Positions 45,601 to 53,749 of a stretch of DNA of 64,000 bases are shown in pieces. Source of the DNA: Vicinamibacterales bacterium. Its GTDB lineage: Bacteria > Acidobacteriota > Vicinamibacteria > Vicinamibacterales > 2-12-FULL-66-21. Position numbers and translations under genes: made by a program. The stretch covers positions 5,705 to 69,704 of the forward strand of contig DATJFQ010000024.1 of assembly GCA_035495555.1 (NCBI GenBank), in the 5' to 3' direction. A model generated the notes under the pieces. The model saw only the letters and a program-made list of their open reading frames with translations, did no database searches and was not told the origin of the DNA. Within the stretch, counting starts at the first letter, position 1. Every line of letters begins with the position of its first letter.

Positions 45601-48492
45601 TTCCTTGCGTTCCGTGTCCCAGGTGTAGAACCCGTTCCCTTCCGCGCGGCGGACGCTGTTCCACTGAATCTGCGTCAACGTCACGTGCACGGGGATCTCG
45701 GGCACTGCCGTTCCATCCAGTGCTGCCGCCACGATCTCCGTGTGAATGCCCTTCGACTGCTCGTTGAAATATGGAATCCGCCTCACACCGATGTACCACG
45801 GCGCCGGATGCACGACAATGGACGCGCGATTCGCAATGTGCTGGCGCGAGACGTCCTCGACGTCGCCTTCCAGTGTGTATGTGTAAGGAGCGCCGGCAGC
45901 GGCGGCAGTCTTCAACGTGAGCGGAAGATTACCGGTCGCCGTCAATTGCGCGTCCTTCCCGGCCACCTCCGGCTTGAGCGGCATCGAGTCATCGCTTTCG
46001 CCGACGAATACCCAGCGGTCCGGCGGGAATGCCTCCGTAATCTTCTCGGGTGCGCTGTAGGCTCTCGTGCGCGTGAAGCTCCAGTGGGTCGGCCGCTTCA
46101 CCATCGGCGCGCCGAAGAGATAGCGTGCCTTGATCACGCCCGTCAGGCTGTCACCGGCGATTGGCGCTCCCGCTCCTCCGAGTGTCACGTCGACCCGGAA
46201 GTCCGGCCGGCGATAGGCCGCGACGAGGAAATTACCGCGGACGGTGCGGTACGACAGCCGGTAATCGAATTCGCGTCCCTCCTCCTCGCCGGGCGTGCGC
46301 GGACGCTGCCGGCGCTCGTCTGCCGCCTTCTGATCCGAAGCAAGGACCGCGGCAATCGAATAATCGCCGAGCGACCCATCCTCCGGCACCGCCATGGTCC
46401 AGTCCGCCGCGCTCCACCCGTTCACCTTGACGGTCCGCTGATCGACGATGCGATCGCGCGAATCGCGAACGGTGATCGACACCGGCGTGCCTTCCGCGAG
46501 CAGCGAAACTCCGGACGGCGCGTTCTGACGCAGGATGGCTTTGAGATGGACTTCTTCGCCGAGCCGGTAGACGCCGCGATCGGTGAAGACGGTCCCGCGC
46601 AGCAGGGGATCCGCGTCTTCGAGATCGAATCGCAGACCGAATTCCCACGGGCTCAGACCTTCGTTCCAATCGCTGCCGACGTATGCGAAGTCGCCGTCCT
46701 TTTCAGCGGTGACGAGGAACGCGAAGCGGTACCACTGGCGCGAGTCGCGAACCCGCGTGTTGGGCGCGACCACTGTTCCGTCGGCCCCTGTCGTTCCGGA
46801 CCAGAGCGTCGATCCATCCAGCTTCACGATCGAGACAGCCGCTCCCGGGACAGGCGCGCCGCTATCGAGGCGCGTCACGAACACGAGTGTGTTCAGCGGG
46901 CTGTCCTTGACCGTGATGCCGAGGGTGGTGACCTGGACGATGGTCGAGCGAATCGTGGGGGACCCATCCGGTTGCATCCACGCGCGAGCATGCTCGATCG
47001 GATCGCCCTCCTCCACCGCCGCCCAGACGAGCCCGGTGCCGTTGGACTTCAGCACCCGGGACATATCGAGGCCGTGCGAGTTGATCTTGTCGGGCGTGCC
47101 GCCGAGTCGCCGGTCCACCGGCTCACCATCGGGCGCCTGATGGAAGTTGTTCTGCTGCTGCGCAATGACCGTCGCCATCAGATCGGATGGGTCGAGCGCT
47201 GCCGCCCACTGCTTCACGTTGCGGAAGTTGCGTGCATAGAACGGGAGCTGCGCGCCACCGCCGGTTTCCCACACGCCGTGGCCGTCGCCAAAACTGGTGA
47301 ACGCGCGCTGGTGCCAGTTCTCGACCGCGCCCATCCACGTGTAGCCGAGCGTCTGGCCGTCGGCGGCCTGCAGCGTTGGCGGGAGTGTCAGCAGCCATTT
47401 GGTAGCCGGCGGCTGTGCCTTGAAGCCGCCATCCTCGACGGTCAGGTGCTCTTCCTCGTTCGCCTCGTCCCTGTTGCGCTGCCGCGGCGGCTCCTTTTTC
47501 TCCGGGACCGCTCGCCCGGGATCGGTGATGTCGTCGGCTTTCAATGCGGCGGCAAAGGCAGACGCCTTGACGGCCGCGCGGAAATCAACGGTATTGCCGG
47601 CGTCCGGATCGCATGTCGCCGTGCAGTGCACGCCGTCGACGAAGAAGGCGTGCTCCACCTCGACGACGTAGTCCTGAATCGCGCGGGACACCGCGCTTCC
47701 GGCAGGTGACGGAACGGCGCCGTCGGTCTGAATCCTGACGAAACTCTCTGGCGGAATCGGCGTCGTCAACTCGATGACCACAAGGTCTTTCGACGGCGTG
47801 AACCGCTTCTTGTCCCACGTCGCCGCCAGCCGGAGCTGAATGGGTCCCGACGCCTGCGCCGCAGCACCGGCGGTCGCGATTTTCTGCGCGAGCGCCTGCG
47901 CCGCGCCCGGATCGACCTGCGCGAGGCGCTGTTGGACGTCGGAGGCAATCGAAGGCGTGGTGAACGAGTGGGGCTGAAACGCCGCCGAGAGGTGTGAGAC
48001 GACGTCCTGCGGGTTGACCGGCTGATTGAAATTGAGCGCGACGAGCGCCGGCGCATCGTAGCGGCCACCGGGGCGATACCAGTTCGTCCGGAGGAGGCGC
48101 GCCGTTGGAGTCGTGAATTTGAAGGTGTACGCCTGCGCCAGCCGCCGTCCGCTGTCGGCGGCTGCCGTTTCGTCGATGGTGATCGTGTATTCCGTCGCCA
48201 GCGGCAGCCGTTTCGCGGGCGTGAAGACGAGGATCGTCGTCCCCGACCAGCGGAACGTGCCGGTCACGGCCGGGGTGATGTGAAAGAAGGCCGGCGGCAA
48301 TTGTGCTGGCACACGGCCCATCGTGACCATCGGTTCCGAAAAGACGACGCGGATCTCGCTGGCTTCGGCGGCCGACGCCGTTTCTCCTTTTGGTCCTGCG
48401 CTGACGACGCGCAGCGGCGGCGGCGTTTGCGGATATGCAGAAAGGGCGGAAACAAGAAGGCAGAAACAGACGAACACGGATCGGCGTGTCAT
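42619..48492 (-). CDS. Bacterial alpha-2-macroglobulin (thioester-containing, YfhM/ECAM-like)
   Basis: Start moved to ATG 48492 (MTRRSVFVCFCLLVSALSAYPQ signal peptide). The upstream codons of the track ORF translate the heptamer array. 1957 aa. Thioester motif in YPYGCAEQRGS. Followed by pbpC, as in the known A2M-PBP1C pairing. Confidence 0.9.
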   Translation of the reverse strand: MTRRSVFVCFCLLVSALSAYPQTPPPLRVVSAGPKGETASAAEASEIRVVFSEPMVTMGRVPAQLPPAFFHITPAVTGTFRWSGTTILVFTPAKRLPLATEYTITIDETAAADSGRRLAQAYTFKFTTPTARLLRTNWYRPGGRYDAPALVALNFNQPVNPQDVVSHLSAAFQPHSFTTPSIASDVQQRLAQVDPGAAQALAQKIATAGAAAQASGPIQLRLAATWDKKRFTPSKDLVVIELTTPIPPESFVRIQTDGAVPSPAGSAVSRAIQDYVVEVEHAFFVDGVHCTATCDPDAGNTVDFRAAVKASAFAAALKADDITDPGRAVPEKKEPPRQRNRDEANEEEHLTVEDGGFKAQPPATKWLLTLPPTLQAADGQTLGYTWMGAVENWHQRAFTSFGDGHGVWETGGGAQLPFYARNFRNVKQWAAALDPSDLMATVIAQQQNNFHQAPDGEPVDRRLGGTPDKINSHGLDMSRVLKSNGTGLVWAAVEEGDPIEHARAWMQPDGSPTIRSTIVQVTTLGITVKDSPLNTLVFVTRLDSGAPVPGAAVSIVKLDGSTLWSGTTGADGTVVAPNTRVRDSRQWYRFAFLVTAEKDGDFAYVGSDWNEGLSPWEFGLRFDLEDADPLLRGTVFTDRGVYRLGEEVHLKAILRQNAPSGVSLLAEGTPVSITVRDSRDRIVDQRTVKVNGWSAADWTMAVPEDGSLGDYSIAAVLASDQKAADERRQRPRTPGEEEGREFDYRLSYRTVRGNFLVAAYRRPDFRVDVTLGGAGAPIAGDSLTGVIKARYLFGAPMVKRPTHWSFTRTRAYSAPEKITEAFPPDRWVFVGESDDSMPLKPEVAGKDAQLTATGNLPLTLKTAAAAGAPYTYTLEGDVEDVSRQHIANRASIVVHPAPWYIGVRRIPYFNEQSKGIHTEIVAAALDGTAVPEIPVHVTLTQIQWNSVRRAEGNGFYTWDTERKEVPAGSWTVTSAASPVPIDIPLPAGGYFVLEARADADNGRYTVTRESFYSLGSGYTAWERYDHNRIDLVAEKQTYRPGETARIMIQSPWERATALLTVEREGIRTHRQFELTSTQQSVDVPITEDAIPDLFVSVVLIKGRTAQPANARDDPSDPGKPAFRVGYVRLGVEDVSKRLTVAVHANKEEYRPANSASVTVDVKDPQGVPSQSEVTLWAVDYGVLSLTAYKTPDVLDSVYVQKSLAVLTEDTRQRIISRRVLTPKGETDGGGGGADSGAGTIRRDFRVLAFWLGSVTTDARGHASVAVKLPESLTTYRIMAVAADKASRFGSADAEIRINKPVTLKAAFPRFLAVGDKATFGAVVTSQLASAGSAKVTVESLDPDVMIFSDTAPRTVDVPAGGSVEVRFDAAGRAIGRARVKVTVSLNGESDAFEDSIPVEVLASPETVAAVGQSTGSASERLTIPSGVVPGLGGLHVEIASTALVNLGEGARYLVEYPYGCAEQRGSRALAMLLAADLGGAFRLPGIDAAKLRPTAQSALKELEKFQCPSGGFAYWPGACYTTSPYLTAYLLHVFQVASDLKYDVDPQMRERAYRYLHESLAQAPPTNEGWWPMYTAWQAFAVKVLVEGGRNEDSNITRLYGYRDRMPVFALAYLHDALLAKGESSGVREAELRRRIGNSILPEATTAHVEELSDPYLLWFWNSNVRSTAIVLNSLVKSGQPDDRYRQFVTWLLQVREKGRWRNTQENALALEALVAYYRKYEAVVPNFTATASLGGKGLLTHTFAGRTTDAVTAEVPMARLASEGTPGAEQSLTFSKSGEGTLFYSARFRYAVDQLFQDGLDQGIRLERAYAPYVENGSRPAATRFNAGDLIRVTLTLQLTKERRFVAVTDPVPAGLEPVESWFASSAASLAKSQDDQGDASDWTAWWQRGGFDRVERHDDRVELFATRLSEGRHTFSYIVRATTAGTFRTAPARAEEMYEPEVFGRTATAVIEVRQ

Positions 48493-48558
48493 AGCGCGAC
48501 TCTGATCCCGTTTGACACCGCCCGCGCGAGTCTCGCTGGGCAGCGGCGGACTGATTTT

Positions 48559-48663
48559 CGACTGGAAACTGGCGACTGGCAACTGGCGACTGGTAACTGA
48601 AGACTGGTAACTGGAAACTGGCAACTGGCAACTGGCAACTGAAGACTGGTAACTGGCGACTAT
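48559..48663. repeat. Heptanucleotide tandem array, 15 units of NNACTGG (minus-strand CCAGTTG-type) with a 42-nt higher-order period
   Basis: Units verified one by one: CGACTGG AAACTGG CGACTGG CAACTGG CGACTGG TAACTGA AGACTGG TAACTGG AAACTGG CAACTGG CAACTGG CAACTGA AGACTGG TAACTGG CGACTAT. Lies 1 nt from the HTH gene stop (48665) and 67 nt upstream of the A2M start. Confidence 0.95.
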
Positions 48664-48664
48664 C

Positions 48665-49294
48665 TTACGCGTGCGCGCGGCGATCCTGAACGAACAGCGT
48701 CGGAATCCGCTGGCGCAGCAGGTCCGTGGCGCGTGACCCCGGCGACCTGCCGGTCAGCAGCGTGCCCGCGGTGTAGTAGACGAGTGCAGCGATCGCCATC
48801 GACGCGCCGAAACCAACGGGCGCCGCGAGTGAAAGAACGGACCCGGCGGTGAGCACCGCGGCCGTGTCGAGAATCGCGGCGAATGTGCGCGGCACGAAAT
48901 ATCCCTGTGCGGCGGCCTTCTGGATTGCCGAAGGAGCGGACGCGCGGCGCTCCACGCCACCGGGGATGAGCGCCGTCTCGTCCTGGTATTCGGGGGCTTG
49001 CCCGATGAGTTGCGCCTGGGCGCGTATCACGCGGGCCGCGCGGCGATCTCCGATCGGAAACAGGCGGCAGAACTCGTCGACGACTTCATCGGAATCCACT
49101 CCGACCGCGCGCGCGTAATCGCGGACGAACGCGCGGGCGAAGATGCCCGTCGGCCAGCGCGAGAAGTCGTTGCGTTCCAGCCCCTGCCACAGCTCGACCC
49201 CGACGTTGGTCACGCTGGCAATGGTTTCGAGCGAAATGCCCCGGCGTTCCCGTTCGCTCCTCAGCCGCGGGCCGAAAGTATCCTTGTCCGACAT
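48665..49294 (-). CDS. RodZ-like HTH (HTH_25) protein with C-terminal membrane segment (paralog 2)
   Basis: Start moved to ATG 49294 (MSDKDTFGPRLRSERERRGISLETIASVTNVGVELWQGLERNDFSRWPTGIFARAFVRDYARAVGVDSDE). Closely parallels 37358-38077. C-terminal helices AAILDTAAVLTAGSVLSLAAPVGFG / MAIAALVYYTAGTLLTG. Confidence 0.7.
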   Translation of the reverse strand: MSDKDTFGPRLRSERERRGISLETIASVTNVGVELWQGLERNDFSRWPTGIFARAFVRDYARAVGVDSDEVVDEFCRLFPIGDRRAARVIRAQAQLIGQAPEYQDETALIPGGVERRASAPSAIQKAAAQGYFVPRTFAAILDTAAVLTAGSVLSLAAPVGFGASMAIAALVYYTAGTLLTGRSPGSRATDLLRQRIPTLFVQDRRAHA

Positions 49295-49471
49295 GGCGGG
49301 TACAGCGGTCGAGCAATTGTCACGCCGCGGGAACGCGTCGGATTCGTCGGACGTTCGGAAGACAGGACGGCGGCGGTTTGCGATTTTTGTAATCGTCGAC
49401 ACGAATCCGGGCGTCGCGATGCGGACCCGCACCGCCGGCGCATATGATCGACGGGTCGGATCCGCGATTCC

Positions 49472-50482
49472 ATGTCGTCCCGCTGCCTCAGTTTCCACGC
49501 CGGCTATCGATGCCGGCATTCCGGCGTCTGCTGTCGGGCCGGATGGGACATCCCGTTCGAAGGGCAGGAGCGTGAAGCCGTGGAGCGTCTCCATCTCGTC
49601 CCACTCGGCGCGTTCAGAGATGGCGCCGACGTGTCGTTCGCGGCGCGCCGCGCCGACGGGGCCTGCGTCTTCCTCGAAGCCGGGAATGAACGGGTGCTCT
49701 GTGGAATTCATCGCGCCGCGGGTCAGCAGACGCTGCCGGCCGCCTGCCGGATGTTCCCGCGGGTCGCGCTTCGGGACTCGCGCGGATGGACGGTCACGCT
49801 GTCGCACTTCTGCCCGACGGCCGCATCGCTCCTCTTCGAGGACGACGAGGACGTGCAGATTGTCGACGCGCCGGCTTCACTCATCGATGTGGGACCGCTG
49901 GAAGGTCTCGATGCCGCCGACGCCATTCCCCCGCTGCTGCGCGACGGCGTGCTCATGGATCTGGAGAGCTTTTCGGAGTGGGAGTCGCACGCCATTAGGG
50001 TCCTGACTGCACGCGGCTGCACACCCGAAGCGTCGGTCTCGCGGCTGGAAGAGCTGACTGACGAGCTCGCGGGCTGGTCGCCTGGCGAGGGGGAGCTGAT
50101 CGATCGCGTTCGGACGGTTTTCATGAGCGAGCGCCCACCATGCGGTGGGGGCCTCCAGGCCTGTTCTGCTGATGCCGCCGCGGCCGGGTCGCGCGCGGCT
50201 CAGCGATGGCTCGCCGGGCATCTGTTCGGCAACTGGATCGCGTATCAAGGGCGCGGCCTGCGCACGATCGTGCGATACGTGCGCGCGTGCCTCGACGTCT
50301 TTCGCATCGAACTCGCCCGCGATGGCGACGCGCTGGAGGCGATCCGGCGCAGCGACTATCTCATCGTGCATGAATCGGATTCGCAGCAGCTCGCGGCGTC
50401 GATCGATGGACTCGCGAGGCGCGAGGCGCGAGGCGCGAGGCGCGAGGCGGGAGGCGGGAGGCGGGAGGCGGGATTTGACTAA
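49472..50482 (+). CDS. Cysteine-cluster protein, YkgJ/FliB (flagellin lysine-N-methylase)-like family
   Basis: N-terminal FHAGYRCRHSGVCCRAGWDIPFE plus ACVFLE...LCGIHR and FCPT resemble the CxxCxxCC-type zinc/iron-chelating domain. The last ~23 residues (ARREARGARREAGGGRREAGFD) are encoded by a heptamer array. Confidence 0.5.
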   Translation: MSSRCLSFHAGYRCRHSGVCCRAGWDIPFEGQEREAVERLHLVPLGAFRDGADVSFAARRADGACVFLEAGNERVLCGIHRAAGQQTLPAACRMFPRVALRDSRGWTVTLSHFCPTAASLLFEDDEDVQIVDAPASLIDVGPLEGLDAADAIPPLLRDGVLMDLESFSEWESHAIRVLTARGCTPEASVSRLEELTDELAGWSPGEGELIDRVRTVFMSERPPCGGGLQACSADAAAAGSRAAQRWLAGHLFGNWIAYQGRGLRTIVRYVRACLDVFRIELARDGDALEAIRRSDYLIVHESDSQQLAASIDGLARREARGARREAGGGRREAGFD

Positions 50483-50516
50483 TTGGTAATTGCGTAGTTG
50501 GGTAGTTGGGTAGTTG
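50413..50516. repeat. Two adjacent heptanucleotide arrays: CGCGAGG x5 + CGGGAGG x3 + CGGGATT (50413-50475), and TAATTGG TAATTGC GTAGTTG GGTAGTTG GGTAGTTG (50480-50516)
   Basis: Units verified one by one. The first array forms the 3' end of the upstream CDS, whose stop (50480-50482) opens the second array. pepT starts at 50541. Confidence 0.95.
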
Positions 50517-50540
50517 TGTTATTTGTCTCCTCTCATCACC

Positions 50541-51767
50541 ATGAACGTCCTTGATCGATTTCTTCATTACGTCACCATCGATACGCGGGCGGACGACAGC
50601 TCGCAGACCTGCCCGACCACACCGGGACAACTCGAGTTGATGCACGTGCTCGACGCCGATCTGCGCGCGGTTGGACTTACCGACGTCTCGATCGACGAGA
50701 ACGGATATCTGATGGCGACCATCCCGTCATCGGTGACGCAGCCGGTGCCGACGATCGGCTTCATTGCGCACGTCGATACGTCGCCCGAGATGCCTGGCAA
50801 CGGCGTCGAACCGATCGTTCATCGTGCGTGGGACGGCTCCGACATCGTGCTGCCCGACGACCGGACGGCTGTGCTGCGGGTCGCCGACAACCCCGATCTA
50901 GCCGCGCAGGTCGGCAACGACATCGTCACTGCCTCGGGCACGACGCTCCTTGGCGCGGACGACAAGGCCGGCGTGGCGGCTATCGTGGCCGCGGCGGAAT
51001 ACCTGATGAAGCATCCGGAAGTGCCGCACGGCACGATCCGGATTGGATTCACGCCGGACGAGGAGATCGGGCGCGGCGCGAACCGCTTCGATGTGGAGCG
51101 ATTCGGCGCGACGTACGCGTACACGCTCGACGGCGGGTCGGCGGGAGAGCTGGAGTACGAGAGCTTTTCAGCCGACGTCGTCCGTGTCACGTTCGTCGGC
51201 TTCAATACGCATCCCGGGTTTGCGACCGGCAGGATGATCAATTCGATCAAAGCCGCTGCGCGATTCATCGATAGTCTGCCCGCCGGTGTGCTCTCGCCCG
51301 AGACGACGTCAGGATATGAAGGGTTCGTGCACCCCTATCATCTCGACGCGGCCGTCGATCGAACGACCGTTCGAGTGCTGCTGAGGGACTTCGTCACCGC
51401 GACGCTGTCTGACAAAGCCGAACTCATCGAGCGGGCTGCGCGCGATGCGGCGAGGGCGTTCGGTGCCACGGTGGAGATCGAGCGGCAGGAACAGTATCGC
51501 AACATGCGCGAGGTGCTCGATCACCATCTGGAAGTCGTCGACCGCGCCCGCAGCGCGATCATGCGGCTCGGACTGACGCCGATCGAGCGGCCGATCCGCG
51601 GAGGGACGGACGGCTCACGGCTGTCGTTCATGGGGCTGCCGACGCCCAACCTGTTTGCAGGCGAGCACAACTTCCACTCACGGCTGGAGTGGACGTCGCG
51701 TCAGGAACTCGAGCTCGCTGCGCGCGCAATCGTGGAAATCGCGCGAGAGTCAAACATGAATCCCTAA
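50541..51767 (+). CDS. pepT: Peptidase T (tripeptide aminopeptidase, M20B)
   Basis: Start moved to ATG 50541 (MNVLDRFLHYVTIDTRADDSS...). Contains HVDTSPE, GADDKAG, FTPDEEIG and full-length PepT-like order. Confidence 0.9.
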   Translation: MNVLDRFLHYVTIDTRADDSSQTCPTTPGQLELMHVLDADLRAVGLTDVSIDENGYLMATIPSSVTQPVPTIGFIAHVDTSPEMPGNGVEPIVHRAWDGSDIVLPDDRTAVLRVADNPDLAAQVGNDIVTASGTTLLGADDKAGVAAIVAAAEYLMKHPEVPHGTIRIGFTPDEEIGRGANRFDVERFGATYAYTLDGGSAGELEYESFSADVVRVTFVGFNTHPGFATGRMINSIKAAARFIDSLPAGVLSPETTSGYEGFVHPYHLDAAVDRTTVRVLLRDFVTATLSDKAELIERAARDAARAFGATVEIERQEQYRNMREVLDHHLEVVDRARSAIMRLGLTPIERPIRGGTDGSRLSFMGLPTPNLFAGEHNFHSRLEWTSRQELELAARAIVEIARESNMNP

Positions 51768-51924
51768 TCCCTAATCGCCAATCGTCGAATCCCTGATCCG
51801 TGAATCCTGAATCCCGAATCCCCGAATCCCCGAATCGTGATTGCTTAGCCGATATCCAGATGAGTAAGTAACTCAGCGCGCCGCACGCCGCATGCCGCAC
51901 GCCGCACGACGCGTGCCGCACGCC
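51758..51924. repeat. Two heptanucleotide arrays between convergent genes: GAATCCC-type (51758-51845, ~12 units) and GCACGCC-type (51876-51924, 7 units)
   Basis: Read directly. The first array begins inside the last codons of pepT (stop 51765-51767). The second ends at the base before the VWA gene stop (51925-51927). Confidence 0.95.
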
Positions 51925-53724
51925 TCACCTGACACGAAACGGCACAAGTGCTTGCGCGTGGGCGCTGCCGGACGCCGCGCGGAACTCGACGAGATATTCA
52001 CCCCTCGCCAGGGACGCGATGGGCAACGACGTCTCGTACTGACCGTCAGGGCGGCGCGTCAGCGGGAGATCGGCCAGGGCGACGGCTCCCTTGTTGAGGA
52101 GACGCGCCGTCGGCGCGGACGATGGCGCCAGGGTTCCGGCGAGGCCGACACGAATCACGACCCGGTCGGACCGCTCGAAGTCGTGGCCGGCGAACGGCAC
52201 CGCGGCGTCGTTCGATTCGATGTCGCGCAACTCGATTCCCGTGCGTGCACGAAAGACACGCGGCGACGCAAAGGCGATCGGCACGCGGCCGTAGTCTGGC
52301 ACCGTGACCGAGGTGGTCCGCGCGCCGAGCGAAGCGCCGCCGGTATCGGTCAGCGTCTGGCGGATATCGACCTCGCCGGGCGAGACGTCGAAGGTCGCGC
52401 TCCCGTTCACCGTGCGATCGAAAAAGAGACGACCGTCGGGTGACACGGCGCGGACCCGGATGCTGACGTCCGTCCGTGCCGATGACGGCAGCCACGCCAC
52501 CGTCATCGTGGGGTGACCTCCACCGGGTTGGGTGCCGACCCAGAGATCGCCGTCGGCCTCCTCGGGGCTCACGACGAGGGTGGAGAGCGCATGCGTGACC
52601 TCCGGCGGCACTTCTGCTGTGCTCGCCGATGCGCGTGCCGACGCGATCGCTGCCAGCGTCGGTGCGAAATAGCCGCGTCGAGCGTGGACCTCGAGGCCGG
52701 GCCGGCTCACATGCACATCGATCTTATGGAACTTGCCGTCGGCGGGATTCCTGGACGAGCTGTACCCAAGCAGGTAAAAGGCGCTGTTCTCGGTCACCAT
52801 CTGCAGGAGGCGCTTTGCCGGCGCGTTGCTGCGCACGCTTTCCGCACCCGTGTCCGCGGACACCGACATCAGGACGCCGCTCATCAGCCCGAGGCTGCGG
52901 GGATCGAAGGTATAGACGGCCGTGTTGTTCTGATTGGCCTGCCGGATGAAATCCCGCAGCCAGTCCGCCTGGTCCGCCGGTCCGCCCATGGGACCAAAAT
53001 CCTCGGTCACGAGGAGCACGGCCTTGCGCCCTTCCTTGATCGTGCCGAGAAAGCCCACCGTCGCCTCGAGCGCGGACCGCGACACCTGTGAGCGCAGTCC
53101 CTCGACGTTCCCCGCCCGATAGAGCTGCGCTTCCTCCATTGCGCTGCGCGGCGGCAGGTATACGCCTCGCCGTCCTTTGAGCTTCGCCACCGTTTCGGCC
53201 AGCGCCCTGCGATCGCGCGTGAACTCGATCGCGTCCGACGGCGTGAGCTGATCGGTGATGGCCACGAGGTCCGTCGGCCCGAACGCGTTGAGCACGAGAT
53301 CGGTCAACGCTGCACGACCGCGGATGGCGGGCTCGAACTGGTCGATGTGGTACTCGTCCCAGAAGACGACGAACACGCGGACGTCGTCGCGCGCGGCTTC
53401 CGCGTAAGCGTGCTCGCGCGAACGGATCGGCAGCGACAGGTCGTCGGTCGGTTGCCCGTCAGTCTCGAGAAACCGGAACGCTTCGATCGTTTGCGGTATG
53501 CCGTCTTCGCTGACCGCGAAGTCGTCGCGTGTGAGATCCGTGAGCGGCTTGCCGTGTTTGTCGAGGACCGTGACGTCGACGCGGACCAGGTTTGTCGCCG
53601 CGCGAAACGTCGGCTGCTGCTGAGCCGCCGGCGGCGGCGCCTGTGCGCCGAGCAGCGCCGACGCAATCAACGCCGCAGCGCCGGCCGCCAACACCGCGCG
53701 GGGAAACCACATGGGAAGTTCCAT
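51925..53724 (-). CDS. VWA-domain protein with VWFA-related acidobacterial N-terminal domain
   Basis: Signal peptide, then PTFRAATNLVRVDVTVLDKHGKPLTDLTRDDFAVSEDGIPQTIEAFRF, which is characteristic of the TIGR03436-type family (from memory), followed by a VWA-like fold. The start is at 53724 or Met 53712. Confidence 0.8.
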   Translation of the reverse strand: MELPMWFPRAVLAAGAAALIASALLGAQAPPPAAQQQPTFRAATNLVRVDVTVLDKHGKPLTDLTRDDFAVSEDGIPQTIEAFRFLETDGQPTDDLSLPIRSREHAYAEAARDDVRVFVVFWDEYHIDQFEPAIRGRAALTDLVLNAFGPTDLVAITDQLTPSDAIEFTRDRRALAETVAKLKGRRGVYLPPRSAMEEAQLYRAGNVEGLRSQVSRSALEATVGFLGTIKEGRKAVLLVTEDFGPMGGPADQADWLRDFIRQANQNNTAVYTFDPRSLGLMSGVLMSVSADTGAESVRSNAPAKRLLQMVTENSAFYLLGYSSSRNPADGKFHKIDVHVSRPGLEVHARRGYFAPTLAAIASARASASTAEVPPEVTHALSTLVVSPEEADGDLWVGTQPGGGHPTMTVAWLPSSARTDVSIRVRAVSPDGRLFFDRTVNGSATFDVSPGEVDIRQTLTDTGGASLGARTTSVTVPDYGRVPIAFASPRVFRARTGIELRDIESNDAAVPFAGHDFERSDRVVIRVGLAGTLAPSSAPTARLLNKGAVALADLPLTRRPDGQYETSLPIASLARGEYLVEFRAASGSAHAQALVPFRVR

Positions 53725-53749
53725 CGGCAGAATAGCGCGTATTGCAAGA

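Noticed and set aside
43267-47709. 768-aa and 674-aa plus-strand ORFs, antisense to the alpha-2-macroglobulin gene
   Set aside because: They are shadow frames of a 1957-aa gene with clear A2M features. Their composition is dominated by R, A, G, D and P, and they have no domain signatures.
51762-51775. Telomere-like CCCTAAT CCCTAAT repeat
   Set aside because: There are only two units, embedded in a longer GAATCCC-type heptamer array in the middle of a gene-dense bacterial region. The resemblance to (CCCTAA)n is coincidental.
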